Part shown: one piece after another, positions 48,966 through 60,113 of the stretch
Position numbering within the stretch: the first letter of the stretch is position 1
How the letters are laid out: every line of letters starts with the position of its first letter
Assembly: GCA_963772835.1 (NCBI GenBank)
Contig: CAVYYZ010000024.1
Coordinates: 32,001 to 96,000 of the forward strand
Direction of reading: 5' to 3'
DNA from: an uncultured delta proteobacterium
Lineage (GTDB): Bacteria > Desulfobacterota > Desulfuromonadia > Geobacterales > Pseudopelobacteraceae
DNA length: 64,000 nt
The notes under the pieces: generated by a model
Database searches by the model: none
Seen by the model: the letters and a program-made list of their open reading frames with translations, nothing else
What the model was told of the DNA's origin: nothing
Translations under genes and position numbers: made by a program

Positions 48966-51079
48966 TATTTGACTCCCAGTTCCCATACAGTCAGCTGGGC
49001 CACGGTATGCTGAAATTTTCTCCTCGTTTCGCGGATAACGAACGGCACATCACGCGGCTCCCCCCGCAGGCGAAAATGCGGCGCCAAAGTTTCCTTCAAG
49101 CCGTCCAGCGACCAGACCGGTTCGCCCGCATCGCGGTACCCTCCCAGCCACTCCTCTTTTTTTGTATACTCCTCCAGCCAGGTATAGGGAGAGGTCAACA
49201 CCAGAAGTCCGCCCGGATTCATCCGCTCATGAACGGTCGCAAGAAACCGGCGCGGCGAGTAGAGCCGGTCTATCAGGTTGGCGGCAAGGATCAGGTCGTA
49301 GCCGCAGAATTTTTCGGGAAGGTTGCAGGCGTCGCCCTGGAAAAACGTCACCCGGTCACGCGCATCCTCCAGCCCCAGGTCTCTCAGGGTGATTTCATGG
49401 AATGAGACAATCTCCCCCTCTTCCGGCAGTGCATAGCGGAGAGAGCCTTCAGCCTGCATCCGTGCCGCGAGCCGGAAAAATCTGGTGGAAAAATCCAGCC
49501 CGGTCACCCGGTCAAACCCGCCGTGCGCCAACTCAAACGCTGACCTTCCGAGGGCACAGCCGAGATCAAGGGCATGTCCCATTGTTCGCCCCTGCATCAT
49601 CTCCAGGGAAATGACGGCACAGCTCTCCGGAAAATTGGCCACGCCGAAGTGGGCCGGTCCGTAATGGGCATCGCAGTACTGGGCCGTCAGGGCATCGCTT
49701 TCGTACTGATCATCATGGATGACAATCGGTGCGGAGCTCTCCACATAGCGGAACCCGGCATGCTGGAAAAAGTGCCGACGGAAGGCATACCGTGCATCAC
49801 GCGTTGCCTCGTTTCCGGTTGAAATCCATGATCCTCCCTTGATCAGATTGTGGCGTTTGTCGAACGTCGGGGTGGAAAAATCATCGTACCAGGGGTGTAT
49901 CTCGAACCCGCGGAAAGGGTAGATCGGGGTTTCTGTCCATTGCCAGACGTTACCGATCACGTCGAAGAATTCGCCGTTTCTGAACCTGTCGACCGGACAG
50001 GAGGAAGACCACCATTCCAGGTTGATGTTGCCCGGTGCCCGGTCCCAGAAAGGTTGATCGGGGATGGTGCAGATGTCCCGGAGACGGCTCCATTCATCCT
50101 CATCCGGCAGACGGACCGGAGCTCCGCTTTCGGCCGATTTCCAGCTGCAGAATGCTTTGGCCTCCAGATAATTGACCTCAACCGGCCAGTTCCAGGGGAG
50201 CGCGATTTCAGAAGCCATGGTCCGCAACTTCCAGACATCGGCGTCCTTGATCCAGAACAATGGATGTCCGGCCTGCCTGAACTCACGCCAGTTCCACCCC
50301 TCATCACTCCACCATTGACGTTCGAAGTACCCTCCCGCCTCGACGAACTCCAGAAATTCCCGGTTGGAGGTCAGATATTGTGCGGCCTTAAAGCCGGATA
50401 CTTCGGCTTCATGGACGCCGTACTCGTTATCCCAGCCATAGAGTGGGTGATCTTTCGCTTTGCCGAGTATGACAGTCCCCCCCGCGACGTCCAGGAGACG
50501 GTTTGCGGGAGGTTCACCGGAATCGGTGCAGATATCCCAGAAAGAGAGCTGCTGCACCTGACCAATCGGCAGCTGACGGATCAGAACAGAGGATGTTTCA
50601 AGGTGGATGCGCTGGTGTTCGATCCCCATAATGATCCCCCAGAATGGTTCTTCCCAGGAGATCGGGAGAGTCAGCGGCAGGGTGCGGATCAACCCGTCAA
50701 CCATTTCGCGGACCTTGTCACGGTACTCCTTCACCTCCCCGCGGGTCGGCCAGTCGTAATGGGATTCATTCAGGTCATCCCACGACATTTCGTCCACCCC
50801 GACAGCAAACATCGATTCGAAGCGGGGGTTGATGCGCCGGTCAATGACCCGGGCGACCGTCAGTTTGTTGATGAAGAAGGTAGCGGTATGTCCGAAATAA
50901 AAAATCAGAGGGTGGCGCAGCCGGTCGGCCCGCAGGTAAAACGTGTCGTCGTATCGAAGCGTTTCGTAAAGTTTCTCGTCAATATCGTATGTGGCGTGGA
51001 AATACTCAAGAATCTCGGCCCGCTTCTGCTCCGGGTCTCCACTGTTGAGGATGGGGGTATGTGTTGTGCGCAGATCCAT
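48965..51079 (-). CDS. ovoA: 5-histidylcysteine sulfoxide synthase OvoA (DinB + FGE + methyltransferase)
   Basis: LRHPLIFYFGHT, GVDEMSWDDL, EHQRIHLET iron motif, RYAFRRHFFQHAGFRY, C-terminal methyltransferase RETRRKFQHT. Confidence 0.92.
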   Translation of the reverse strand: MDLRTTHTPILNSGDPEQKRAEILEYFHATYDIDEKLYETLRYDDTFYLRADRLRHPLIFYFGHTATFFINKLTVARVIDRRINPRFESMFAVGVDEMSWDDLNESHYDWPTRGEVKEYRDKVREMVDGLIRTLPLTLPISWEEPFWGIIMGIEHQRIHLETSSVLIRQLPIGQVQQLSFWDICTDSGEPPANRLLDVAGGTVILGKAKDHPLYGWDNEYGVHEAEVSGFKAAQYLTSNREFLEFVEAGGYFERQWWSDEGWNWREFRQAGHPLFWIKDADVWKLRTMASEIALPWNWPVEVNYLEAKAFCSWKSAESGAPVRLPDEDEWSRLRDICTIPDQPFWDRAPGNINLEWWSSSCPVDRFRNGEFFDVIGNVWQWTETPIYPFRGFEIHPWYDDFSTPTFDKRHNLIKGGSWISTGNEATRDARYAFRRHFFQHAGFRYVESSAPIVIHDDQYESDALTAQYCDAHYGPAHFGVANFPESCAVISLEMMQGRTMGHALDLGCALGRSAFELAHGGFDRVTGLDFSTRFFRLAARMQAEGSLRYALPEEGEIVSFHEITLRDLGLEDARDRVTFFQGDACNLPEKFCGYDLILAANLIDRLYSPRRFLATVHERMNPGGLLVLTSPYTWLEEYTKKEEWLGGYRDAGEPVWSLDGLKETLAPHFRLRGEPRDVPFVIRETRRKFQHTVAQLTVWELGVK

Positions 51080-51399
51080 GAAGTTTCCTCCGTGTGAAAA
51101 TACCGGTGGAAGTATACCCGAATTTTACGCTGCAAACAATAACCCTTAAAAAGGATTTAATCGCCGATGAATGCGTATAAACACCTCTGTGCGTCGATTC
51201 TTTTGAAGGATTTTCAAATATTGTCGTGTAACAAAACAGGAGAATCGGTTTATTACACTGGTGCTGTTATCCCCGGAGTACATCCGTTTGTTTCGGAGGT
51301 TAGAACAGTCTGTTGCATAAGCGGAGTATTTTATTCTGTGACAGCAGCTTAGTGAGTATGTAATATCATCGTATCAGAACGTACGGAGGATCTACCACC

Positions 51400-54300
51400 A
51401 TGAAACAAAGCATTCTTGCGGCGCTTGCCGAACGTATTCTTGTCCTGGATGGTGCCATGGGCACCCAGATTCAGAACTGCAATCTGACCGCTGACGATTT
51501 CGGCGGTGCCGAATATGAAGGGTGTAACGAATATCTGACCATGACGCGTCCCGATGTGATCGAACATATCCACCGGGCCTATCTTGCCGCCGGAGCCGAT
51601 ATCGTGGAGTCCAACACTTTCGGCTCAACCGATATCGTTCTTGCGGAGTATGGTCTTCAAAAACAGGTCTTTGAGCTGAACCGGCAGGCCGCATTGATAG
51701 CCCGCCGCGCCTGCGATGCTTTTTCATCTCCTGACAAACCGCGGTGGGTGGCCGGTTCTATGGGGCCGACAACCCGCACTCTCTCCGTTACGGGGGGCGT
51801 GACTTTTGCTCAACTCGTTCAGGCTTTCCGGGGACAGACTCTGGGGCTGCTGGCGGGCGGGGTCGATCTGCTGCTGCTGGAGACCGCTCAGGACACCCTG
51901 AACCTGAAGGCCGCTGCCGAGGGGATCCGGCTGGCGTTTGAAGAGTGCGGAGAGCGGGTGCCTCTGATAATCTCCGGTACGATCGAACCGACCGGGACCA
52001 TGCTGGCCGGGCAGGGGGTTGAAGCGCTGTACACCAGTCTGGAGCATCTTGAGGGGAGTCTCGGGTTGATCTGCATCGGCCTGAACTGCGCCACCGGACC
52101 GGAATTCATGACCGATCATCTCCGGACGCTGTCGGAGCTGGCCTGCTGCCATGTTTCTGTCTATCCGAACGCTGGTCTGCCGGACGAGAACGGTCACTAC
52201 GCAGAATCGCCCGAATCTCTGGCCGCCAAGCTGTCCCGTTTTGTGGATGAGGGGTGGCTCAATATTGTCGGCGGCTGCTGCGGGACAACACCGGGCCACA
52301 TTGCCGCCATTGCCCGTATGGTTGCCGGCAAACCGCCCCGTCGTCCCGCAGCCATCCGCCGTCGCGCCGTCGCGGGAATTGAGACCCTGACTGTAGAAGA
52401 TGACGCCCGTCCGGTTCTGGTTGGTGAGCGCACCAACGTGATCGGATCCCGCAAGTTTAAAAACATGATTGTCGCGGAACGCTTTGAGGAGGGGGCTGAA
52501 ATTGCACGGGATCAGGTCAGGGGGGGCGCTCAGGTGATCGACGTCTGCGTGGCCAACCCGGATCGGGACGAAGCCTCCGATATGATACAGCTGCTGGCGT
52601 TCCTTCCCAATAAGGTGCGCGCACCGATCATGATCGATTCCACCGACCCTCACGTCATGGAGCTGGCGCTGCAGCGGCTGCAGGGGAAATGTCTGTTTAA
52701 CTCCATCAATCTGGAAGATGGAGAAGGGCGCTTTGCCCAGGTATCGGATCTGCTTCACCGTTATGGCGGTTCTGTGGTGGTAGGGTGCATCGACGAAGAC
52801 CCGCAGCATGGCATGGCGGTCACCCGGGAGCGCAAACTGGCGGTGGCCCGTCGCTCCTACGATCTGCTGGTGAACAAGTACGGGGTACGTCCGGAAGATC
52901 TGATTTTCGATCCGCTTGTCTTTCCGGTGGGGAGCGGCGACGCCAGCTATATCGGCTCGGCTCTGGAGACCATTGAAGGGGTGCGGCTGATTACGGAGGA
53001 ATTCCCGCACTGCAGTACGATCCTGGGTATCTCCAATATCTCCTTCGGTCTTCCTCTGCCCGGACGGGAGGTGCTGAACGCCGTCTTTATCCATCACTGC
53101 GTCAAGGCCGGCCTGACCTACGCCATAGTCAACACCGAAAAACTGGAACGCTTCGCTTCTATTCCTCCCGAGGAACTCCTCCTTTCAGAGGACCTGCTCT
53201 TCTGGCGCGGCCCCGATCCGGTGGCCGCCTTTGCCGCAGCCTTTCGCGACAAGAAACCGGTTTCCCACGCGCCGGCGGCGGAACTGCCGCTGGACGAGAG
53301 ATTGCCGCTTTACATTATTGAGGGAATCAAAAACGGTCTGGCCGCCGACCTCGACGCTGTTCTGGCACGTGGCGACAAGCCGCTTGAGATCATCAATGGA
53401 CCGCTGATGGCCGGAATGGCCGAAGTGGGGAGGCTGTTCAACGACAACCAGCTGATTGTGGCCGAGGTACTGCAGTCGGCCGAAGCGATGAAGGTTGCCG
53501 TGGCTCATTTGCAGCCGTATCTGGAGAAGGGAGAGAGTTCCAGCAAAGGGAAAATGCTGCTGGCGACGGTCAAGGGGGATGTACATGACATCGGCAAGAA
53601 TCTGGTGGAGATTATCCTTTCAAATAACGGCTTCCACGTTGTCAACCTGGGGATAAAGGTGGCTCCCGAAACGCTGATCGAGGCGGTGCGGCGTGAACAG
53701 CCGGACTTCATCGGCCTTTCAGGCCTGCTGGTTAAAAGTGCCCTGCAGATGGTGACCACTGCGGCAGATCTGAAGGAGGCCGGCATCGACGTGCCGTTGA
53801 TGGTGGGCGGCGCAGCACTTTCCCGGGCCTTTGCCGACAGCCGCATCGCTCCGGCATACAATGCCCCGGTGTTGTACGCAAAGGATGCCATGGCCGGTCT
53901 GGACATGGCAAACCGGCTGGCTGATCCTGCAGGGAGAGTGTCGCTGCTGGAAGAACTGGCCCAGAGGCAGCAGGCTGCGTCTGCGGTGACGTCTGCCGGC
54001 ACTGTACAAGTTCAGGCTGCCGCAGCAGGCTGCGCTCGATCAGCGCTACAGGTGGATGCACCGGTTTTGGCTCCGCCGGATTATGAATGCCATATTCTGC
54101 GCGACATCCCTTTACAGCAGATAATTCCTTACCTCAATCGACAGATGCTCTACACCAAGCATCTGGGTTTGACCGGTTCGGTTGAAAAACTGCTGAATGC
54201 CGGGGATGAAAAGACGCTCAAGCTGCACGGTACAGTGGAGGAGATGCTGGCGCGCGTTGAACGGGAACGGTTGATCCGGCCGCAGGCCCTGTACCGTTTC

Positions 54301-54864
54301 TATCCGGCCAATAGCGAAGGTAATGACCTGATCCTGTTCGACACTGTCGATCAAAACAGTGAACTCATGCGCATCAATTTCCCGCGGCAGGCGGCTGGTG
54401 AGCGTCTCTGTGTAGCGGATTTTGTCCGGCCTGATGACGCTGCAGTACGGGACAATATGGCGCTCTTCGTAGTCAGCTGTGGACGGGGCATCCGGGAGAG
54501 TAGCGAGGCGATGAAGGAAGCGGGAGAGTATCTGAATTCGCACCTGCTGCAGGCACTGGCCCTGGAGCTGGCGGAGGCCACAGCGGAGTTTGTACACAAG
54601 CGGATCCGCACATCATGGGGCATCGTCGATGACCCCTCACTGAGCATGAAGCAGCTGTACAACGCCGAATACCACGGTATCCGGGTCTCTTTCGGCTATC
54701 CTGCGTGCCCGGAACTGGCGGATCAGCAGAAGCTGTTCCGGCTGTTGAAGCCGGAGGCAATCGGTGTTCAGTTGACTGATGGTGACATGATGGATCCGGA
54801 GGCCAGCGTCTCGGCGCTGGTGTTTCATCATCCCCAGGGACGCTATTTTGATGTTTCACGCTGA
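51400..54864 (+). CDS. metH: Cobalamin-dependent methionine synthase
   Basis: [41 protein letters not shown]. Confidence 0.97.
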   Translation: MKQSILAALAERILVLDGAMGTQIQNCNLTADDFGGAEYEGCNEYLTMTRPDVIEHIHRAYLAAGADIVESNTFGSTDIVLAEYGLQKQVFELNRQAALIARRACDAFSSPDKPRWVAGSMGPTTRTLSVTGGVTFAQLVQAFRGQTLGLLAGGVDLLLLETAQDTLNLKAAAEGIRLAFEECGERVPLIISGTIEPTGTMLAGQGVEALYTSLEHLEGSLGLICIGLNCATGPEFMTDHLRTLSELACCHVSVYPNAGLPDENGHYAESPESLAAKLSRFVDEGWLNIVGGCCGTTPGHIAAIARMVAGKPPRRPAAIRRRAVAGIETLTVEDDARPVLVGERTNVIGSRKFKNMIVAERFEEGAEIARDQVRGGAQVIDVCVANPDRDEASDMIQLLAFLPNKVRAPIMIDSTDPHVMELALQRLQGKCLFNSINLEDGEGRFAQVSDLLHRYGGSVVVGCIDEDPQHGMAVTRERKLAVARRSYDLLVNKYGVRPEDLIFDPLVFPVGSGDASYIGSALETIEGVRLITEEFPHCSTILGISNISFGLPLPGREVLNAVFIHHCVKAGLTYAIVNTEKLERFASIPPEELLLSEDLLFWRGPDPVAAFAAAFRDKKPVSHAPAAELPLDERLPLYIIEGIKNGLAADLDAVLARGDKPLEIINGPLMAGMAEVGRLFNDNQLIVAEVLQSAEAMKVAVAHLQPYLEKGESSSKGKMLLATVKGDVHDIGKNLVEIILSNNGFHVVNLGIKVAPETLIEAVRREQPDFIGLSGLLVKSALQMVTTAADLKEAGIDVPLMVGGAALSRAFADSRIAPAYNAPVLYAKDAMAGLDMANRLADPAGRVSLLEELAQRQQAASAVTSAGTVQVQAAAAGCARSALQVDAPVLAPPDYECHILRDIPLQQIIPYLNRQMLYTKHLGLTGSVEKLLNAGDEKTLKLHGTVEEMLARVERERLIRPQALYRFYPANSEGNDLILFDTVDQNSELMRINFPRQAAGERLCVADFVRPDDAAVRDNMALFVVSCGRGIRESSEAMKEAGEYLNSHLLQALALELAEATAEFVHKRIRTSWGIVDDPSLSMKQLYNAEYHGIRVSFGYPACPELADQQKLFRLLKPEAIGVQLTDGDMMDPEASVSALVFHHPQGRYFDVSR

Positions 54865-54879
54865 ACAGCAAGGATAATC

Positions 54880-55248
54880 ATGCCGCCGCAACCCGGAGTC
54901 ACAAATCCTCTGACGCGCTGCTATACGATTACCTCCGCCATACTGTTGGCCGGGTTCGGCAGCGCCGTCGTCATGTATCTGACTGCGGCTGAGGTGCCGC
55001 TCAACCCTTTAACGGAGTTCGAGAAGTCAAAAAAATTTGCCTATGAACTTGAAAGGATGGGGGGAAAGGCGGCGCTTGCGGCGCATGACTTTAACACGTG
55101 GTTTACCGGACTCTGGCAGGGGAAAACGCTTTCATTCACTGTCGCCGTTATCACGACCCTCGTTGCCGCAGGGTATTATTTCATTGCCACCGGGCTTGAT
55201 GCTGAAGCCCGAAATAAAGCGAATGAGAGCCCCCGTCAAGAAGAGTGA
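54880..55248 (+). CDS. Hypothetical two-TM membrane protein
   Basis: AAGGA RBS, two hydrophobic segments, fills gap after metH. Confidence 0.65.
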   Translation: MPPQPGVTNPLTRCYTITSAILLAGFGSAVVMYLTAAEVPLNPLTEFEKSKKFAYELERMGGKAALAAHDFNTWFTGLWQGKTLSFTVAVITTLVAAGYYFIATGLDAEARNKANESPRQEE

Positions 55249-55253
55249 ACCGG

Positions 55254-56900
55254 TCAGACCCTCGCCAGAATTTTCAACAGGTGAGGCACCATCTGTTTTT
55301 TGCGGGACATGACGTTCTTCAGCTCATACAGGTGCGGTTCCAGTTGCGGATATTCCATGACATGGGCGATGCGGGTATGCCCTTCCACCAGAAAGAGTGT
55401 TGTTTCGGTGGTAATATCGGTCACCATCAGCCCGGCGATGAAGAGATTGTCGCGCCGTTTGACCTCTGCCAGAGCGGCCAGCAACTCCTCTTTCATGCTG
55501 TAGAACTCCTCGAAACCGATCACTTCCACCTGCCCGAGCCCGATGCTGAATTTCTCATGCGTAAAGAGCTTGAAGTCGGCTGCTACGACCCGGTCTACCG
55601 AACCGTAATTTTTCAGCGAACTGCTGGCGGCAAAAATATCGCGGCCGAAATCAACGGCAACGAGTCCCGAACAGCTCTCCAGCCAGGCGGCCATCTGGTG
55701 GTCGGCGTCAGTTGTGGTGGGTGATTTGAGGATCACCGTGTCTGACAGTATCCCGGCGAGGAGCAGCGCGGCTATGGCCCGGTCCGGTTCAATGCTGTTT
55801 TCACGGTAGCGCCGTGCCACCAGGGTGCAGGTGCTGCCGACCGGTGAGGTGATAAAGGAGATCGGGGAATTCGAGTGGTTATTACCCAGCTTGTGGTGGT
55901 CGATGACTTCGGTGATTTCCACCAGTTCGGCTCCCGGTACCGCCTGTCCCAATTCGTTGTGATCCACCAGTATCAACCGGTACGGAAGAGGTGCGAGGAG
56001 GGACGACTTGGTCGCGACTCCGGCCAGAGTTCCATCGCTTTCCAGAGCGAGCACCGCCGGCACCTGTGCTCCCATCAGTTTTTGGCGCAGAGCGATAAGT
56101 GATTTATCCACCCCGATGCCGACAAATTCGCTTTCGGCAAGGAACGTAACCGGTGTGGAGAGTCGAGCAAGCCAGGCGGCAGTTGCAGTGTCATGGGGGG
56201 TCAACAATACGGAAACCCCCTGTTTTTGCGCCAATTCCAGCAGATCGTCTTCCAAACTGTGCCCGCCGGTTACCACAAGAACCCTCACGCCGCGTTCAAT
56301 GGCGGCCAGCTGGATAGTGCGGCGATTGCCGGTCATTATCAGCAGATCTCGAGGGTTATAGCCGTCGATCATGCTGCTGAATGACTCTTCAAGCATCGCT
56401 CCGATGAACAGGCTCAGGGTAATAATATCATCGGGGCAGGCCCCGGCTGCAAATCGTGCGGCGAGGGTTCTGGCCAGGCTCGGCATACTGGTCGTGACCT
56501 GACGGTGTTTGTCCTTACAGGGGAGCAGATAACTTTCCGACAGCCGCAGCAGTGAGATCATCCCGCACGGTCTGTTTTCGGTATTGATCACCGGCAGCAC
56601 CCGGACACCGCTTTTGTTAAACAGTTCCAGTGCTTCATACGCCGAAGCCTGGCGGCTGACTGTCACCGGCTGCCGCTTGATTGTGTCGCGGACTTTGGGG
56701 TGCACATCTGCGAGAAAAAGCGGATCAGGAATCTTGAGCCGGTCGAGGATATAGCGGGTCTGGGGGTTGGGGGCACCGGCCATTGCCGCAACAACGGTGC
56801 CGTCTCCGAGCCGCTTTTTCAGGGCGGTGTATCCGATAGCGGAGGCGATTGAGTCGGTGTCAGGGTTGCGGTGGCCGATAACATAGGTGGTTTTGATCAT
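55254..56900 (-). CDS. Mn-dependent inorganic pyrophosphatase with CBS/DRTGG insert
   Basis: GHRNPDTDS, ILVDHNE, IDHH, VGSTCT, ILSDT, SRKKQ. Confidence 0.93.
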   Translation of the reverse strand: MIKTTYVIGHRNPDTDSIASAIGYTALKKRLGDGTVVAAMAGAPNPQTRYILDRLKIPDPLFLADVHPKVRDTIKRQPVTVSRQASAYEALELFNKSGVRVLPVINTENRPCGMISLLRLSESYLLPCKDKHRQVTTSMPSLARTLAARFAAGACPDDIITLSLFIGAMLEESFSSMIDGYNPRDLLIMTGNRRTIQLAAIERGVRVLVVTGGHSLEDDLLELAQKQGVSVLLTPHDTATAAWLARLSTPVTFLAESEFVGIGVDKSLIALRQKLMGAQVPAVLALESDGTLAGVATKSSLLAPLPYRLILVDHNELGQAVPGAELVEITEVIDHHKLGNNHSNSPISFITSPVGSTCTLVARRYRENSIEPDRAIAALLLAGILSDTVILKSPTTTDADHQMAAWLESCSGLVAVDFGRDIFAASSSLKNYGSVDRVVAADFKLFTHEKFSIGLGQVEVIGFEEFYSMKEELLAALAEVKRRDNLFIAGLMVTDITTETTLFLVEGHTRIAHVMEYPQLEPHLYELKNVMSRKKQMVPHLLKILARV

Positions 56901-56921
56901 GATATTCTCACTGGTTTGAAT

Positions 56922-57824
56922 TTACTGGTTTTTCCAGTCTCTGCTGCGGGCGGCAAATTGAAGGGTTTCCACCTCTTTGAGGATCTCCATGTACGTGGCG
57001 TATCGTTCTTCAGAAATTCGCCCCTGCCCGACAAGTGCGAGGACTGCACACCCCGGCTCGGAATGGTGCCGGCAGTTGCGGAATTTGCACGGTACATCAC
57101 GGTGCTCTTCAAAACCGGGAAAGTATTCGGCCAGCTCTTCGACCGATATGTCCACCAGGCCGAAATCCCGGAAACCGGGGGTATCCACAAGTTCGCCGCC
57201 GCCGGCAAGTGCATGCAGCGTGGAAACGGTCGTAGTGTGCCTCCCCATGCTTTTGTAGAGACTGAGGCTTCCTACTTTAAGGTCGATATCCGGACAGAGT
57301 GCGTTCAAAAGAGAGCTCTTGCCGACTCCGGTCGTGCCGACAAAGGCTCCGCGATGCCCTTCGCTCAGGAATTCCTCTAACGGGGCAAGTCCTATTCGCT
57401 CGGCAGCACTGATCGGGAAAATCTCGACCGAGCCGCTATACAGTCTTCTCAGCTCTGCCAGCAGTTCTGTCGTGCCGTCGAGATCACATTTATTAACAAC
57501 CAGAAACGGCTGCAGCTTTGCTGACTGCGCGGCAACAATCGCCCGATCGATAAAGCCGCCTGGCGACAGCGGTGCGACAACAATCCCGAGTACGTCCAGG
57601 TTGGCACCTACCAGATGAATGCCTCCCCGGGCATCACGCCTCTGGAGCTCTGTTCTGCGCGGCAGGCGTTTCAGAACCTCACCGGTTACTACAACGTTAT
57701 CCCCGACTACATGTCCGGAGTTGCGCTTGACCCGCACCATTCTGCGTTGGCCGTTTTCGAACAATACCTCAACAGAGATACCGTGATGTGCTACAATCAA
57801 GCCGTTAGGCGAAAAACTGTCCAT
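56922..57824 (-). CDS. rsgA: Ribosome small subunit-dependent GTPase A
   Basis: Permuted NKCD, GVGKSSL, GRHTT, DTPG, CKFRNCRH..EPGC. Confidence 0.92.
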   Translation of the reverse strand: MDSFSPNGLIVAHHGISVEVLFENGQRRMVRVKRNSGHVVGDNVVVTGEVLKRLPRRTELQRRDARGGIHLVGANLDVLGIVVAPLSPGGFIDRAIVAAQSAKLQPFLVVNKCDLDGTTELLAELRRLYSGSVEIFPISAAERIGLAPLEEFLSEGHRGAFVGTTGVGKSSLLNALCPDIDLKVGSLSLYKSMGRHTTTVSTLHALAGGGELVDTPGFRDFGLVDISVEELAEYFPGFEEHRDVPCKFRNCRHHSEPGCAVLALVGQGRISEERYATYMEILKEVETLQFAARSRDWKNQ

Positions 57825-57988
57825 TGGGTCTGGTTCCGTTTTCTCTGATGTATCTGCCGGACAGAAGGTGCCGGGTTGACAGCTGGCAATAAATCTAACA
57901 TACAAATTTAGAATAACCTAGCACGGCCGGGAAAATAGGGCCATCATATCCGTATAATTGAACTGTGCCGTACAACGGGAGGTATACA

Positions 57989-58975
57989 ATGACCGAAAAC
58001 CGCCATCCGTTTCAGCGACTTACCCCGACTTTTGTCATGGACGCCGTAGAAAGTTGCGGTTTTAACTGCGATCGTCGCATATTTGCCCTTAACAGCTATG
58101 AAAATCGCGTCTATCAGGTCGGGATCGATGAGTCGCAGCCGCTGATTGCTAAATTCTACCGTCCGGATCGCTGGAGCAGAGAACAGATTCTGGAGGAGCA
58201 CAGTTTTTGCTTTGAGCTTGTTGAACATGAGCTCCCTATTGTTGCCCCGCTCAAAAATTCCGACGGGACAAGTCTGCTGAGCTTCGACGGGTTTCTCTTT
58301 GCCCTGTACCCGCGGCAGGGGGGGCATGCCCCGGAGTTTGACAATCTTGATAATCTGAAAATACTGGGGCGACTGCTGGGAAGGATACACGGCGCAGGAG
58401 CGGTGAAACCGTTTGACCATCGCCCGGTTCTGGACAGGCAGAGCTTTGGTACAGAAAGCGTACGCCTCATTGAAGAGCACTTCATCCCTGCTGAGTACCG
58501 GGCCAGTTATAGTGCCGTGACAGGGCAGCTTCTGGAGGCTATCGATACAATTCTTGCCGAGGTCGGTCCGGTCCGCAGCATCCGGACCCATGGCGACTGT
58601 CATGCCGGGAATATTCTCTGGCGTGACAACGCTCCCCATTTTGTCGATTTTGATGATGCCCGTATGGCGCCGGCTGTGCAGGATCTCTGGATGATGTTTT
58701 CCGGAGAGCGCCCCCGGCAGCTGGCACAACTGGATTCGTTACTGGAAGGGTACCGGGAATTCAATGATTTCGATCATCGGGAACTGCGCCTGATTGAACC
58801 GCTGCGGACGCTGCGTATGCTGCATTACAGCGCCTGGCTGGCCCGGCGCTGGGGGGATCCGCTGTTTCCGCACACATTCTTCTGGTTTAACACCACCAGG
58901 TACTGGGGAGAGCATATTCTGGAATTGCGCGAACAGTTGGCTGCATTGAGTGAACCGGCTCTAGAGGTACAGTGA
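57989..58975 (+). CDS. srkA: Stress response kinase SrkA/RdoA
   Basis: LNSYENRVY, KFYRP.RWS, HGDCHAGN, DFDD, AVQDLWM; GGAGG RBS. Confidence 0.92.
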   Translation: MTENRHPFQRLTPTFVMDAVESCGFNCDRRIFALNSYENRVYQVGIDESQPLIAKFYRPDRWSREQILEEHSFCFELVEHELPIVAPLKNSDGTSLLSFDGFLFALYPRQGGHAPEFDNLDNLKILGRLLGRIHGAGAVKPFDHRPVLDRQSFGTESVRLIEEHFIPAEYRASYSAVTGQLLEAIDTILAEVGPVRSIRTHGDCHAGNILWRDNAPHFVDFDDARMAPAVQDLWMMFSGERPRQLAQLDSLLEGYREFNDFDHRELRLIEPLRTLRMLHYSAWLARRWGDPLFPHTFFWFNTTRYWGEHILELREQLAALSEPALEVQ

Positions 58976-59059
58976 GTGCAGGAATATTTTCAAAAACGCT
59001 TCCATAAGATAGTGATATCGATCCGTTGCACGTATATTGTTTAAATACACGGAGTCTGT

Positions 59060-60112
59060 ATGCCCCGAATTATCTCAGTAGCTCATGCATTACCTCCGCA
59101 TGTCGTACCACAGCGTACGGTCAGGGAGACCGTGCGCCAGGTCTTTGCAGATTCAGTTGAAGATCTGGATCGGCTGCTGAAAGTTTTCGACAATTCCCGC
59201 ATTGAAAACCGCCAGTTTATGATGCCGCTGGCATGGTACCTTGAACCCCGCAGTCAGTTGGAACGCACCCAGGTCTTCCAGCAGCAGGGTCTTGCACTCA
59301 TGTTCGAAGCGTCCCGCTCCTGTCTGGACCGGGCCGGATGCCGTCCAGAGCAGGTTGATCAGGTTATTTTCGTATCTTCCACCGGTCACGCAACTCCAAC
59401 CCTGGATGCCCATCTCGTCAATCTGCTGGGGATGAGACCCTCTACCTCACGTATGCCGCTCTGGGGACTGGGGTGCGCCGCCGGTGCGGCAGGCTTGTCC
59501 CGGGCCAATGATCATTGCCTGGCCCACCCGGCGCACCGTGTACTGCTGGTCGCGCTGGAATGCTGCAGCCTGACTTTCCTGGCCGGTGACGTGACGAAAA
59601 AAAATCTGGTTGCAACATCACTGTTTGCCGATGGAGCTGCGGCTGTGCTTGTCGGTGGCGATCTGGCGGGGGGTGACGGCCCTTCTATCATCGGGACCCG
59701 CTCACACCTCTTTCCGGACAGCTACCGGATTATGGGGTGGGATTTTCAGAATGAGGGAATGCAGCTGGTTCTGTCTCCCCGGTTGCCGCTGGTTGTCAGG
59801 CAGGAGCTGCCGGCTCTGGTAAAGGACTTCCTGTCCGGACATAATCTGTCGCTTCAAGACCTTGTACACTTCATCACTCATCCCGGCGGCGCCCGGGTGG
59901 TGGATGCCTATCGGGAGGCTCTGCGGCTTTCAGATGATCATCTGCGACAAACGGAGGATGTGCTCCGTCTGCACGGCAATATATCGTCTGTCTCTGTTCT
60001 ATTGGTGCTGGAACAGTGGCTCGAAGCGGGGGGAATGAAGTCCACTGGTTACGGCCTTCTGTCGGCATTCGGGCCGGGGTTCTCTGCCGAGCTTCTCCTT
60101 TTTAAGGTGTAA
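59060..60112 (+). CDS. Type III polyketide synthase (BpsA/SrsA-like)
   Basis: GLGCAAG, THPGG, HGNISS catalytic triad; LFADGAAA; AFGPGF. Confidence 0.92.
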   Translation: MPRIISVAHALPPHVVPQRTVRETVRQVFADSVEDLDRLLKVFDNSRIENRQFMMPLAWYLEPRSQLERTQVFQQQGLALMFEASRSCLDRAGCRPEQVDQVIFVSSTGHATPTLDAHLVNLLGMRPSTSRMPLWGLGCAAGAAGLSRANDHCLAHPAHRVLLVALECCSLTFLAGDVTKKNLVATSLFADGAAAVLVGGDLAGGDGPSIIGTRSHLFPDSYRIMGWDFQNEGMQLVLSPRLPLVVRQELPALVKDFLSGHNLSLQDLVHFITHPGGARVVDAYREALRLSDDHLRQTEDVLRLHGNISSVSVLLVLEQWLEAGGMKSTGYGLLSAFGPGFSAELLLFKV

Positions 60113-60113
60113 C

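Noticed and set aside
48965..51079. Selenium variant (ovoselenol/selenoneine) cluster
   Set aside because: No selD-like or selenosugar glycosyltransferase gene nearby; tri-domain architecture fits ordinary OvoA
51080..51399. SAM or cobalamin riboswitch, or SahR site, upstream of metH
   Set aside because: No S-box (ATC.AGAG..GAGGGA) or B12-box consensus; only a single ATATCA half-site
49850..53097. Long antisense ORFs opposite ovoA (415 aa) and metH (457 aa)
   Set aside because: Typical antisense shadow frames in GC-rich genes; fully overlap well-supported CDSs
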